A stretch of DNA of 64,000 nt from Hormiphora californensis (GCA_020137815.1 CM035358.1:6820001-6884000), one strand, 5' to 3'. Counted from the first letter of the stretch, positions 26,801 through 38,260 are shown. Translations and numbers: made by a program. Notes: generated from the sequence alone by a model not told the origin.

Positions 26801-29800
26801 TTTTTTTGGGTTTTTTTCCCCAAAATTTTTTTTTTCCCCCCCTTTTTTTTTTTCGAGACATCACAACTATATAGCTAGACTACCTAGAATATAGTTGTGT
26901 TGGTCTGTGCGACAGAGGGATAGATAGTCTGATCNNNNNNNNNNNNNNNNNNNNNNNNNNNNNNNNNNNNNNNNNNNNNNNNNNNNNNNNNNNNNNNNNN
27001 NNNNNNNNNNNNNNNNNNNNNNNNNNNNNNNNNNGTGTAGATCTAGGGGTTAAGCATTATTAAAAAAGGGATAATTTAGGTTTGTTGTGTGTAACCGTAC
27101 TGGGGTGTGGGGGTTGGTGGCCGTGTAGGGAGATCTAGGTTTGTTGTGTAAACCGTAATGGGGTGTGGTAGATCTAGGGGGTAAGATTATTAAAAAAAGG
27201 GAGATCTAGGTTTGTTGTGTAAACCGTAATGGGGTGTGGGAGATCTAGGGGGTAAGATTATTAAAAAAATGGAGATCTAGGTTTGTTGTGTAAACCGTAA
27301 TGGGGTGTGGGAGATCTAGGGGGTAAGATTATTAAAAAAGGGGATTAGGTAGTATAAAAAAACGTTTAATGGGGGTGTGGGAGATCTAGGGGGTAAGATT
27401 ATTAAAAAAAGGGAGATCTAGGTTTGTTGTGTAATGGGGTATGGGAGATCTAGGGAGGATCGGTGATCAGGATTCAGGGCAGTTAAGAAAGGTCGAGAAA
27501 GGATAATAGAATACAGATATAGATAATAGGAGGTTGGGTCGAGGGAGATATAAGATATTGAGCAAGGAACATGGAGAATGATAGAGTGGGTTGGGTTGAG
27601 GGAGATATAGATTGAGGGTTAAGAAAGGAAAAAAGAGTACCAAGAGTAATACAGAGAAAGATAGAAGGTTGAGAACAGATAAAGTAATACAGATATATAA
27701 GGGATTGGGTTGAGAAAGAGAGATATTTATTCGGAATGGACTCATTGGAAGGTCATTGTCCTGAGATCTCCCCAGATAGGAGTCATTCAATACTTCTAAA
27801 ATACCGTGTTATATAATAGTGTAGGTTTACCTACGGTGATATCTCTCCTTCTTTATCTCAAACGAGAAATTATATATTATTCGCCCCGCTTCTCACAAAC
27901 TTCAAACTTACTTGCTCTCTTTAACTCATGTCTCACCGCCTGCAATCTCTGTTTCTCACTCTCTCTTTCTCTTCCTTTCTCATTTTTCATTTTGAGGGAA
28001 GGGCCGGATTTCTCGCACTGTTGAGGTCATAGCCCCCTTATCTTCTCTAAATGAATCCTACCCAGTTCTACTCTATCTCCCCTAAACTCTATCTCCCCTA
28101 AACTCTATCTCCCCTAAACTCTATCTCCCCTAAACTCTATCTCCCCTAAACTCTATCTCCCCTAAACTCTATCTCCCTTAATAAACTCTATCTCCCCTAA
28201 ACTCTATCTCCCCTTAAACTCTACAAACACACAAACAAACTCTAGATCTCCTAAAATTTATCTCCCCTCTCAGGATCTCGATATTCCCACAAAGAAATCT
28301 TGGGCTGGCCCCGACTTCTTCGGACTCACTCGAAGCAGCGTCCTTCAACAGCTTCTTTGTACAGAGCAGGAAGAGAAGTTATGTGCTATCACCCCAACCT
28401 ACCTACCCAGTCCGATATCACCCGCTCGCGGCAATAGTAAGTGTTTCATCACCCCACCTATCTACCGGGTAGATTCTACCCAGTCCGATATCACCCGCTC
28501 GCGGCAATAGTACGTTTGTTCGTGGTTGATAACACAAATGTTACGAGTTGTACTGTGTCCTACAATCTACAATGTACAATGTACAGTAGGAAATAGTAGG
28601 TTTTATACAATATGAAACACCTAGTACAAGATATAATATCCTTGGGGATTTTCTTGGGAATAGTGAGGTTTACAGAATTGAATAGATTGTACGGTTATGA
28701 TTTAGAGAAATCTATGTATCATATTTGACTGGAGATCCTCAAATTAATTTGTTTAAGGGTACGCTAACCAAAAATTTTTTCGAGTGCAGGGAAATCTCTC
28801 ACCGTAGGGTTGTAGGCCATGCCAAGGAGACCTCAAATATGCAATTTGACCTCTCAAGTCGAATTCATATTTTTGCTACAGCTGCTTGAAAAATGAACTG
28901 AAAATAAGTTTTTGGCATCTCAAAAAATTTTTTTCAAAGATAGGAGCATGAAAATTTGGGGATTTGAAGAGGACATGAAGGTGAATAACCACAAAAATTT
29001 TTTTTGCAATCCGAGCTGATTTCCGGTCCTGAGATGGATTTCTTTTTTTCCACTTTAACGCCCTATTTGGCAAAGTTCCGAAAACATGTGAAAGCTGTAA
29101 ATTGGTGAAAAGTTGCGTCTAACGATTATCTAAGTGGCCATAAATTTTGGGCGTGTCCTTATTTGAGATAAGCTGTACAGAATTTTTTTGTGAAAGCCGT
29201 CATTTCAGAAATAAATAAATTCCCTGTATCTCAAAAACGGCTGATCGTAGAGACCTGAGACTATGCTTAAACGATTCAGAAGGTCCGATTTTGGGGGGGT
29301 CTTCTGAGAGACATTTTGCTCCTACTTCAACCGTTTTTGCTGTAATTGCGAAAAACAAATTCTATGAAAAGGGCAAAAGCTAAACTCCAATATCCTGTAA
29401 TTAGGGAATTTTAGCTAAGAAAGGACCGAAACTATGGAAAAATGTTTAACAAGCTAATTCCTTCACTATTTGGTCCATATGGGTCCCTATAATCATCAAA
29501 AACAAAATCACAAAAAATCCACGATGGCGAAGATGGGTTATTGTTTTTCGCAATTACAGCAAAAACGGTTGAAGTAGGAGCAAAATGTCTTTCAGAAGAC
29601 CCCCCCAAAATCGGACCTTCTGAATCGTTTAAGCATAGTCTCAGGTCTCTACGATCAGCCGTTTTTGAGATACAGGGAATTTATTTATTTCTGAAATGAC
29701 GGCTTTCACAAAAAAAAACTCCGTACAGCTTATCTCAAATAAGGACACGCCCAAAATTTATGGCCACTTAGATAATCGTTAGACGCAACTTTTCACCAAT

Positions 29801-30691
29801 TTACAGCTTTCACATGTTTTCGGAACTTTGCCAAATAGGGCGTTAAAGTGGAAAAAAAGAAATCCATCTCAGGACCGGAAATCAGCTCGGATTGCAAAAA
29901 AATTTTTTGTGGTTATTCACCTTCATGTCCTCTTCAAATCCCCAAATTTTCATGCTCCTATCTTTGAAAAAAAAATTTTGAGATGCCAAAAACGTATTTT
30001 CAGGACATTTTTTAAACAGCTGTAGCAAAAATATGAATTCGACTTAAGGGCTAAAATTGCATATTTGAGGTCTCCTTGGTATGGCCTACAACCCTACGGT
30101 GAGAGATTTCCCTGCACTCGAAAAAAATTTTTGGTTAGCGTACCCTTAAAGTAGTGTTGAAAAGTTTGAAACTTTTCAACACTAAATGAGACTCATATTC
30201 TAACGTGGAAACACATGAACTTATGTATCATATTTTTAGTCTTACTTTCTACCACAATTTTTCATTATCTCTGGATCATTTCATGTTGGCAGAAAATAGG
30301 TCCATACTATTGTCAGAAATAGGTCCATACTATTGTCAGAAAGTGGAAAAATAGATGCCGTAAGATCACGTGATCTCATTGCAGCGTGCTACATTGTATA
30401 GGCTGTGAAGCTAGGTTCATTTGGCCTTTATTGGCGCCTGTGCCAAGGAGGGAGAATGAGTAACTTAGTAGTATAGAGGGAGAATGATAGAGAAACTAAG
30501 TAGCTGATGGAATGGGATGAGGTACATATTGTGGTGGTGGTGGTGTGTATGGTGAGGAAATACTAGTATCCTGATTCACGATCTGGTGGAATATAATATG
30601 CCTGTCATGGTAGTAAAATATAATACATACCCTTGTATATATTTCTCTCTCTGTAGTATATTCCCCTCTCGCTCCCTCTCTCTCTGCAATA

Positions 30692-30749
<58 letters not shown>

Positions 30750-33700
30750 ATCTCCAACTACCTATCTCAATTTATAATGCCGCAATATAGAAATAATATT
30801 GCCACCAGTACTAGTCCTCCACCATGTCCAACAATAAACCACAAACCACAAGAAAAACTATTATAGACTGTAAAATATTTCTTTACAAAATTGAAAGAGC
30901 CCGGGGATCAGAAGAGATTCTTATATCATTTTTGGTCCAGCTCTTTCTGGGTTTATATACATAATTGCACTGATCTGCGACTAGTGGTGTGCTTGGCCTA
31001 CTCTTCCTTCTAGTCCCTATAATATATTATGTTAGCAAGCAGCTGCATATATTATTTGGCCTTATTATGATTTCACTAATATACAGTCCTGTCCTTTGTA
31101 CCTCAGCTGCGAGATTTTGAACCGTCCCTGTCATATCTGTACATTTCGTCAAAAAATTGAAAGTTTCAAGTGAATCTTGCTCTTCCCGCCATACATCACA
31201 ACACCATATTTTGTAGGTAGCTATTTGGAGCCGCTGTCTCAGTACCTTGATACACAAGCATACAGGTCGCTGATGCCTGCCTTCTCAAATTCAACACCCT
31301 CCAAGAGATCACACGGAAGCGCAATTGTAAGTTTAGTTTCACAATTCTAGGCAGGTGAGTAGAACTTCGCTCCTAATAAAAGGCTGCAATAAAAGGCTGC
31401 AATAAAAGGCTGCAGAAAAAGGCTGCAATAAAAGGCTGCAATAAAAGGCTGCAGAAAAAGGCTGCAATAAAAGGCTGCAGAAAAAGGCTGCAATAAAAGG
31501 CTGCAATAAAAGGCTGCAAGGGATCACGTATCCAGCCAGACTAAAGCGGGGGATAGACCGAATCGTCCTCCCCTAATAGTGTTTCGTATCACGTATCGGC
31601 TGTAGTGAGACCGAATCACCCTCCCCTAATTATAGTGATTCGTGTCACGTATCCAACTAGACCATAGGCAATAGAGAGAGACCGAGATAGAGAGCGAGTA
31701 CGAGTGAGAAGTGAGTGTGAAAAATCAGAATCACGGTATGGTATCACGTACCATGGTATCCTCTAATGAAAAGCGGTTACCAATTGACAATGAGACCTCA
31801 TCGGTCCCGATACGTGATTCTCTACCGCTATGTATTCTCCATTAGTCTTTCCGTATCGATCCACGATTCAGTAGAGGTAGTCAGTAACTACTGAGAGTGT
31901 TGGTCTAATGAGGTAGGGTAGATCTATTGATTGAGCATGTAGCACAATCACAGGTGAACCACCCAACCACTTGGTTCACCTATCATAGTATTATGTGTGA
32001 TTCCGCTCTACTGAATTGTGTACATAAAGACTATTGGCGAATAACGGTAGAAAATCAGTAATCACGTATTGGCACCGATTAGGTCAAATTATAGGTAACC
32101 GCCTTTCATTTAATTAATTAGAGGATATCATGAAACGTGATACAATACTTGATTAGTCGTCCATGATTCGGATCTCTCACTCTCACCTCTCTAACTCTCT
32201 ATCTCCGTCTATCTACCGCCTATGGTTTAGTTGGATACCAGGCACGAATCACTATAATTAGGGGCGGGTGATTCGGTCTCTCTACCGCTTATGGTAGAAA
32301 CCGATACGTGAAACAAAACACTATTAGGGGAGGACGATTCGGTCTATCTCCTGCTTTAGTGCTTTAGTCCAGTTGGATATGTGATCCATTGCAGCCTTTT
32401 ATTGCAGCCTTTTATTGCAGCCTTTTAATGCAGCCTTTTATTGCAGCCTTTTTCTGCAGCCTTTTATTGCAGCCTTTTATTAGGAGCGAAGTTCTACTCA
32501 CCCAATTCTATGGGTGTCCCACTGTCTTTGCGTAACCTGAGGGCACCCCGATTTACCGGGCAAAACCCTTTCCCCGAGCATCCCGGTAAATCGGGGTCCG
32601 ACTGTATACCCCAAAGAAGGAACAATTAACAAATTAATTAACAAATTAAAACACCCAGGGATCACCTATCACTGGTCTCTCGATGCCCTCCCTCAACGGT
32701 CAGGTGATACCTAGCAGCATTAACTCAATGTTAACACCGGAAATACTGTCACCTCGATTTCTTCAGGTTCGTAAAAATTCAGATTTTAACCTCTATAGGC
32801 CGGTCGTTGATCTCTAATATAGATCAAAAAATCGGCGGCCTCTGATTCCAATTATTTTGCTCCTGCACACACAGTAGGATCAATAGTCCTCCTCCTCCTC
32901 CTGCAATAATAGGAAGAGCAGGAAAGATGTATTATTATTAGTAATATATGTGCGGCCCATTATACTAATCTTGTATAACGATTAGCAGTAATTGGGGAGG
33001 ATATAATATATTATAAATTTCAAGAATACTTTATAACTGGTATAGTACTCGGTATACATTATAACCATCTCTTCCGTTCCCTCCAGAGTTTACCGAATTT
33101 CATGGCATCGACCTGTAACACAGTACCCCACAGTACCCAGTCTGCCATCAGCCGGAGTTCATTCTCAAGGTAACTAATGACCCTCAATGAGACCTCAATG
33201 ACCCTCAATGAGACCTCAATGAGACCTCAATGACCATCAATGAAACCGTATCATATATCCCATAACAACCCTCCTTCTAATTGACTCACCTTCTCCTAAC
33301 ACCCAACCCACAACACCCCCTCAACTGACACCCACAACAAATCAGATCAGATCAAAACAACTTTCTACTCAGGTATCCGATGAGTATCAACAACTCCTTC
33401 CTTCTCCCCAGGTACATGAGTATCAATATGACTGAGTGTGTGAAGAATCTTAAGACCTTTATCACATCTCTTTACACCCTTCAAGAGGAAGACAAGCTTA
33501 GTATCCTTCATGTAAGTAACTTAGATCTAACGGCGGGTGATCGTGGCCCCGCGGCTAATTATACCATATTTGGGCATTAGGATTTCCATCATGGTAGCCG
33601 GTGAGTTGATCCCCCTAGTCCTTGTCCTCAAAGCGTCCTCCCGCCGTCTCCCATCGACTTCCCCTTGACCCTACTATAAATTGTTATTACCCTTCCTTTG

Positions 33701-35865
33701 ACCCTTGTATAAATTGTTATACCATCCCCTTGACCCTTGTATAAATTGTTATACCCTCCCCTTGACCCTTGTATAAATTGTTATACCATCCCCTTGACCC
33801 TTGTATAAATTGTTATACCCTTCCCTTGACCCTACTATAAATTATTATACCCTCCCCTTGACCCTTGTATAAATTGTTATACCATTCCCTTGACCCTACT
33901 ATAAATTGTTATACCCTCCCCTTGACCCTACTATAAATTGTTATACCCTTCCCTTGACCCTACTATAAATTATTATACCATCCCCTTGACCCTTGTATAA
34001 ATTGTTATACCACCCCCTTGACCCTACTATAAATTGTTATACCCTCCCCTTGACCCTACTATAAATTGTTATACCATCCCCTTGACCCTTGTATAAATTG
34101 TTATACCACCCCCTTGACCCTTGTATAAATTGTTATACCATTCCCTTGACCCTTGTATAAATTGTTATACCATCCCCTTGACCCTTGTATAAATTGTTAT
34201 ACCATCCCCTTGACCCTATTATAAATTGTTATCCCATCCCCTTGACCCTACTATAAATTGTTATACCATTCCCTTGACCCTTGTATAAATTGTTATACCA
34301 TCCCCTTGACCCTTGTATAAATTGTTATACCATCCCCTTGACCCTTGTATAAATTGTTATACCATCCCCTTGACCCTTGTATAAATTGTTATACCATCCC
34401 CTTGACCCTTGTATAAATTGTTATACCATCCCCTTGACCCTAGTATAAATTGTTATACCATCCCCTTGACCCTTGTATAAATTGTTATACCATCCCCTTG
34501 ACCCTTGTATAAATTGTTATACCATTCCCTTGACCCTTGTATAAATTGTTATACCCTCCCCTCAGCTTCAGAAGTTGAATGCCGATATGGAGCAGCTAGT
34601 TCATTTGCTGAAAACTGAGGCAACGGAACTGAGTCAAAAGATAAACGCAATCGATAACAAGACTTTTGTCAACTCCAGCTCAGGTGATTATGCTCAAATA
34701 AGACCATATATGGGCATATAAGACCATATATGGGCATTCAACCTCAGTTTAGGTTTCGGTTTTTGTTGAATAATATTGGATGGGGTCCAATAACCTCAAG
34801 AGAGTGTATCTCATACTGTGTGTTCGTGTGTGTGGGCGATAGCGTTCCCTTATTGTAGGCAAGGATATCCCGAGGGTACCACACCTTAGGTTGCCTAGGT
34901 TACATGAAACTGTAACCCCCGCCTCGTTGCCTAGGTTACATAAAACTGTAACCCCCGCCTCGTTGCCTAGGTTACATAAAACTGTAACCCCCGCCTCGTT
35001 GCCTAGGTTACATAAAACTGTAACCCCATCTCGTTGCCTAGGTTACATAAAACTGTAACCCCATCTCGTTGCCTAGGTTACATAAAGCTGGAATGCGAGG
35101 AGAGCAGACAAGTAAACCAATCAACTGAGACTGAGCCAAGCCAGGGAATCAACTTGGAACTTGGCAAACTGAGGGAGGTCGAGGTAATTTAACTTACTAC
35201 TATTATGGGGGGGGGGGTCTTACCACTATTATGGGGGGGGGTCTTACCACTATTATGGTAGCCCTCTTTTAAATTTGTACGAGCTGCGGTGAATAAGGGT
35301 CGACTATCGAGCAAGGCAAGGGGGATCAGGGGTTCAGATAACCACTAATCACTATCATTATGGAGGATAGGGTCCAGCTGTACTATCAAAACGTCAGTCG
35401 TCAGAATACCAGTTCTATCCTTGCCTTGTTCGACCCTCCCTCCTATAAAATAAAAAGGGTTTTAACAAAGCAGTTCTTTCCCGAAGAAGTAAACCAATCA
35501 ACTGAGACCGAGCCAAGCCAGGGGAATCAAACTTGGAACCCCCGGCCAAACTGAGGGAGGTCGAGGTAAATTTTTAAACTTTACTACCTATTATGGGGGG
35601 GGGGTTTTACCACTTTTATGGGGGGGGGGGTTTACCCTATTATTTTTAACCCCCTCTTTTAAATTTGTACGGCTGGGGTTGAATAGGGTGACGTCGAGCA
35701 AGGCAAGGGGGAGGGGGTCAGATAACCACTAATCACTATCATTATGGAAGATAGGGTTTAGCTACTTTCAAAACGTCAGTCGTCCGAATACCAGTTCTTT
35801 CCTTGCCTTGTTCGACCCTCCCTCCTATAAAAGGGTTTGAACAAAATAGTTCTTTCCAGACGTAA
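11985..35865 (+). CDS. Multi-exon gene encoding a protein with two FYRC-like motifs, Ser/Pro-rich linkers and a C-terminal coiled coil. 5' end not located; some exons are lost in low-quality sequence.
   Basis: Phase-compatible AG/GT exons: 11985-12188, 14438-14652, 15143-15247, [19644-19728, corrupted], ..., 28274-28436, 31217-31326, 32659-32766, 33087-33169, 33412-33511, 34566-34683, 35077-35183, and 35860-35865 (T-stop, tentative). The join across the gap is inferred. Confidence 0.65.
14438..14652 (+). CDS. Internal exon of FYR-like gene (AWNFSVGKGPNPSTKDILFSNLYAP...)
   Basis: TTCCCAG| acceptor and |GTTAGT donor. Open only in the phase-0 frame; ends in phase 2. Confidence 0.65.
15143..15247 (+). 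CDS. Internal exon of FYR-like gene (LNGLALLNGNGHLPLVLSNLG...)
   Basis: AACAG| acceptor and |GTAATT donor. Phase 2/2 matches the previous exon. Confidence 0.65.
15595..17280. other. Low-quality, homopolymer-corrupted sequence (assembly or base-calling artefact)
   Basis: Almost entirely long A/C/G/T runs with abrupt onset. Confidence 0.9.
18315..19200. repeat. 30-32-bp intronic minisatellite (TCCCGTATCTAACTACTTCTCTCCCCCATTAG)n, ~28 copies, with a degraded continuation to ~19640
   Basis: Directly visible tandem units. Confidence 0.95.
19644..19728 (+). CDS. Probable error-containing exon (..FDGFRSEESLNVTWVELKSIGKPSP), possibly the start of an FYRN-like part
   Basis: Ends at a strong donor |GTGAGT and follows the acceptor-like minisatellite. 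Needs indel correction. VELKSIG resembles the FYRN L.SLG motif. Confidence 0.4.
21060..25310. other. Error-rich inverted duplication centred at ~23650 over a ~31-bp minisatellite (CTCAGTTTCCCTACCTCCCATTTACTCCATCT)n
   Basis: 21061-21110 is the reverse complement of ~25265-25312, and 21260-21490 of ~24910-25140. The repeat flips strand at ~23650. Confidence 0.8.
25315..26855. other. Low-quality, homopolymer-corrupted sequence before the scaffold gap
   Basis: Composed almost wholly of homopolymer runs. Confidence 0.9.
26935..27034. other. Scaffold gap (100 N)
   Basis: Run of N. Confidence 1.
27035..27460. repeat. ~71-bp tandem repeat
   Basis: GATCTAGGGGGTAAGATTATTAAAAAAA...GTAATGGGGTGTGG at 27171, 27242, 27313 and further copies. 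Confidence 0.85.
28071..28225. repeat. 16-bp minisatellite (CTCTATCTCCCCTAAA)n just upstream of a splice acceptor
   Basis: About 9 tandem units. Confidence 0.9.
28274..28436 (+). CDS. Exon with second FYRC-like motif (DLDIPTKKSWAGPDFFGLTRSSVLQQLL...)
   Basis: CCTCTCAG| acceptor and |GTAAGT donor. WAGPDFFGLT aligns to WSGPEFFGFT in the 11985 exon. Confidence 0.8.
28757..30145. mobile_element. 1.39-kb fold-back element with ~600-bp TIRs and TTAA TSD (Kolobok-like, non-autonomous), copy 1
   Basis: TTAA|GGGTACGCTAACC...GGTTAGCGTACCC|TTAA. The empty-site sequence AAATTAATTTGTTTAAAGTAGTGTTGAAAAG is present at ~58707. Confidence 0.9.
31217..31326 (+). CDS. Internal exon of FYR-like gene (SYLEPLSQYLDTQAYRSLMPAFSNSTPSKRSHGSAI)
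   Basis: TTGTAG| and |GTAAGT. Phase 1 to 0 exactly bridges its neighbours. Confidence 0.75.
31350..32502. mobile_element. 1.15-kb fold-back DNA element with 13-bp subterminal repeats (AATAAAAGGCTGC)n and 8-bp TSD (Merlin/Mutator-like)
   Basis: TIR GGTGAGTAGAACTTCGCTCCTAATAAAAGGCTGC. TSD CAATTCTA at 31342-31349 and 32503-32510. Imperfect internal palindrome centred at ~31965. Confidence 0.8.
32659..35183 (+). CDS. 3' exons of FYR-like gene: 32659-32766, 33087-33169, 33412-33511, 34566-34683, 35077-35183
   Basis: Splicing gives a continuous frame: GSPITGLSMPSLNGQ...PRFLQ|SLPNFMAS...FSR|YMSINMTECVKNLKTFITSLYTLQEEDKLSILH|LQKLNADMEQLVHLLKTEATELSQKINAI...SSG|YIKLECEESRQ...LREVE. Confidence 0.75.
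33660..34562. repeat. 32-bp intronic minisatellite (CCCTTGACCCTTGTATAAATTGTTATACCATC)n, ~28 copies, running into the 34566 acceptor
   Basis: Directly visible tandem units. Confidence 0.95.
34890..35086. repeat. 35-36-bp minisatellite spanning a splice acceptor (GTTGCCTAG|GTTACATAAAACTGTAACCCCCGCCTC), ~5.5 copies
   Basis: Units start at 34890, 34926, 34962, 34998, 35033 and 35068. Confidence 0.9.
35106..35860 (+). repeat. ~378-bp tandem duplication of an exon 3' part plus the following intron
   Basis: AAGTAAACCAATCAACTGAGAC...GTTCTTTCC occurs twice (~35110 and ~35487). The second copy is indel-rich. Confidence 0.8.
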
Positions 35866-36030
35866 TGTTATTCGTTCCGTTGAACTGAATATATCTTTCT
35901 GGCTGGCTCATATTATGTTTTATGCCTCCTTTATTCCTCTCTACTAATTTTCTCAGTTGATTTTTATCAAGCTCTCTCCCCCTTTCTCTCTATCTCTCTC
36001 TCTCTCTCTCTCTCCCTCTCTCTCTCTCTC

Positions 36031-36093
<63 letters not shown>

Positions 36094-36165
36094 TCTCTCA
36101 TCTCTCTCTCTCTCTCTCACTCTCTCTCTCTCTATCTCTCTCTCACTCCCTCTCTCTCTATCTCT

Positions 36166-36198
<33 letters not shown>

Positions 36199-36756
36199 TT
36201 CTCTCTCTCTCTCCCCTCTCTCTCCCCTCTCTCTCGTCGGCATGTGGACTTGCTGTCGCCAGTGCTAACCTCACACGTTGTAACATATCTTCGGGTAATA
36301 AATTATATATTATGATCATTATCCCGTCGTCTGCGGAACTTGGGACCGACATCCTACTAGAAAACACCTAGAATATAGTTCTAGATGTACCTTTAATACA
36401 GTTTAAGAGGTGTCGGGATACCTAGCACAACAGAGTAGATCTATATTATTTGTCTGGCCTTTTCTCTCCCTCTTCGATCTCACTTTTTTCCCCCTGTGTG
36501 ATGGTAACATGTGTGTCCGGCTAGGGAAGGGAACACTGTGCACGTCGTAATATTATTATTATTACTATAATGTTTTTCTCTAGAGAGAAGGAGAGATAGA
36601 GAGAGAGAGAGCTAACATGATATCTTTTGAAAAAAGCGTCACTGACACACAGAGTCTCTGTGACAGAGAGAAGGTCACAGAAACACAGAGAGAGCGAGAA
36701 AAATACAGATTGGGTGACATAGAGACATTAACACAAGGGGAGAGAAACAGATAGAC

Positions 36757-36799
<43 letters not shown>

Positions 36800-36859
36800 A
36801 AATTGTATTAAAACCCCCGCCTTAAATGGCGATTTAAGCGTAGCCAGCTGAAAGGGGAC

Positions 36860-38260
36860 CCTTTAGCAGCCTTTCAGTATGGGAATTTTTCACGACAAAC
36901 AAAATGTCCTTTTTTCTATCCAAGTGCGGAGCTCAGACATTGTGACGGAGTAGAAGTCGGATGCAGGGAAAAGCCTACCAAGTGGAGACAGAAATACCCG
37001 GGGGGAAATGGAGGCTATAATACCCCGCACCTGGAGGGTTGACCGTATTTTTCATCAAAAAATAAGTAAAGGGCAAAGCCGAAACACTCGAAAAGTCAAG
37101 AAACTACTGTCCCGAGCCTGCAAGGCAAGAACCCCATCACAGCAATCAACACAGGGCAATACCCGTGATCCGTTACGGGGGGGGCCCGGGAAAATGGCTG
37201 GCCACTTCCGAAGCCAGGGACTAGAAATGATGACTAGGAAGACCTAGAAGAGGATCACAAGAGCAAAGTAATTTACCGGCTGTATGTTAGCAGGAAAAGG
37301 GAGGAAAGGGGGCTCCCAAAGGGTTGGAATGTCTTTTGAAGGGAAAAAAGGACCGTGACATTCTTTTCCCCTTCCCACGGACCCCCAAAATGGGGCCCTC
37401 CACACGGCGATGCAGTCTGAAGATATGCTAACGGACCTCCAAAGGCGGGAAGCCTGAAGGAAAAAAGACTACAGACGGACTTGTAAGAATGGAAAAAAAA
37501 AAAGTCTTCAGGAAGATTTTAAGCAAAAATTTAAGAAGGGGGGGGACCCTGCGCACGGGGCCTGGTCAACAAAAAGGCCTCACAATACACCGAAGCCCAT
37601 GTCTTTGGCAAGGATCAAGCCATTCGCACAAACGGTGAGAGCGCCATACAGAAAAGAGAATGAGTGCATGAGAATAGTGCGGATTTGTAACCAACACAAC
37701 GAAGTCGGTGAACACATCCTTTTTAAACGGATGCACGACGAAACTTGCCACGGAGGACTATAAACTCCGAACACGATCGAGTAGTAGCTGCGTGACCTGC
37801 AATGGGGAATATGAAAGGACCACGGATTTCCATACCGAATCAAAGTGGTGGAGCCACTATGCAGAGAAAGTGCTCGAGAATGAGAACTGCAAGATCCTCT
37901 GGGTTTCACATTCAGACGGATAACCCCATCAGGCATGGGCATGTAAACTGACTTGGTCCTTCTAACAACTAAGAAGGAAAAAAGCGCTTCGATCCGATGG
38001 TCGCTGTACAAGGACAGGTCAGTGTCGGACAGGGGATGGAGACGATCGAGAAGTACCAAGAACTACGGAGGGGAGCTCACACGGAATTGGGGGATCTTAA
38101 AAAGGCCACGTGTCATCCCTATCGTGATGGAGCTTTGTGGCGGAGTCCAAAAAAGCCCCGACTGTCCGAACTGGAGTAGTACCTGACTGCTAATAACCCG
38201 CCAAGTTTACCCTCACAGTCCAAAAGTCCGGTCACTCTTCCAACTCGATGAACCGCTCCG
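36860..38260 (+). mobile_element. Frameshifted, 5'-truncated R4/Dong-like non-LTR retrotransposon fragment (RT C-terminal part, CCHC knuckle, restriction-like endonuclease)
   Basis: Motif remnants across frames: RLYVSRK.G.RGL, QDQAIRTN, CRICNQHNE..EHI, RHDRV, WWSHYAEKVLENENCKILW, ETIEKYQELRRELT, VIPIV.G. Confidence 0.8.

Noticed and set aside
25294-26864. Overlapping low-complexity ORFs
   Set aside because: Sequencing noise next to the gap.
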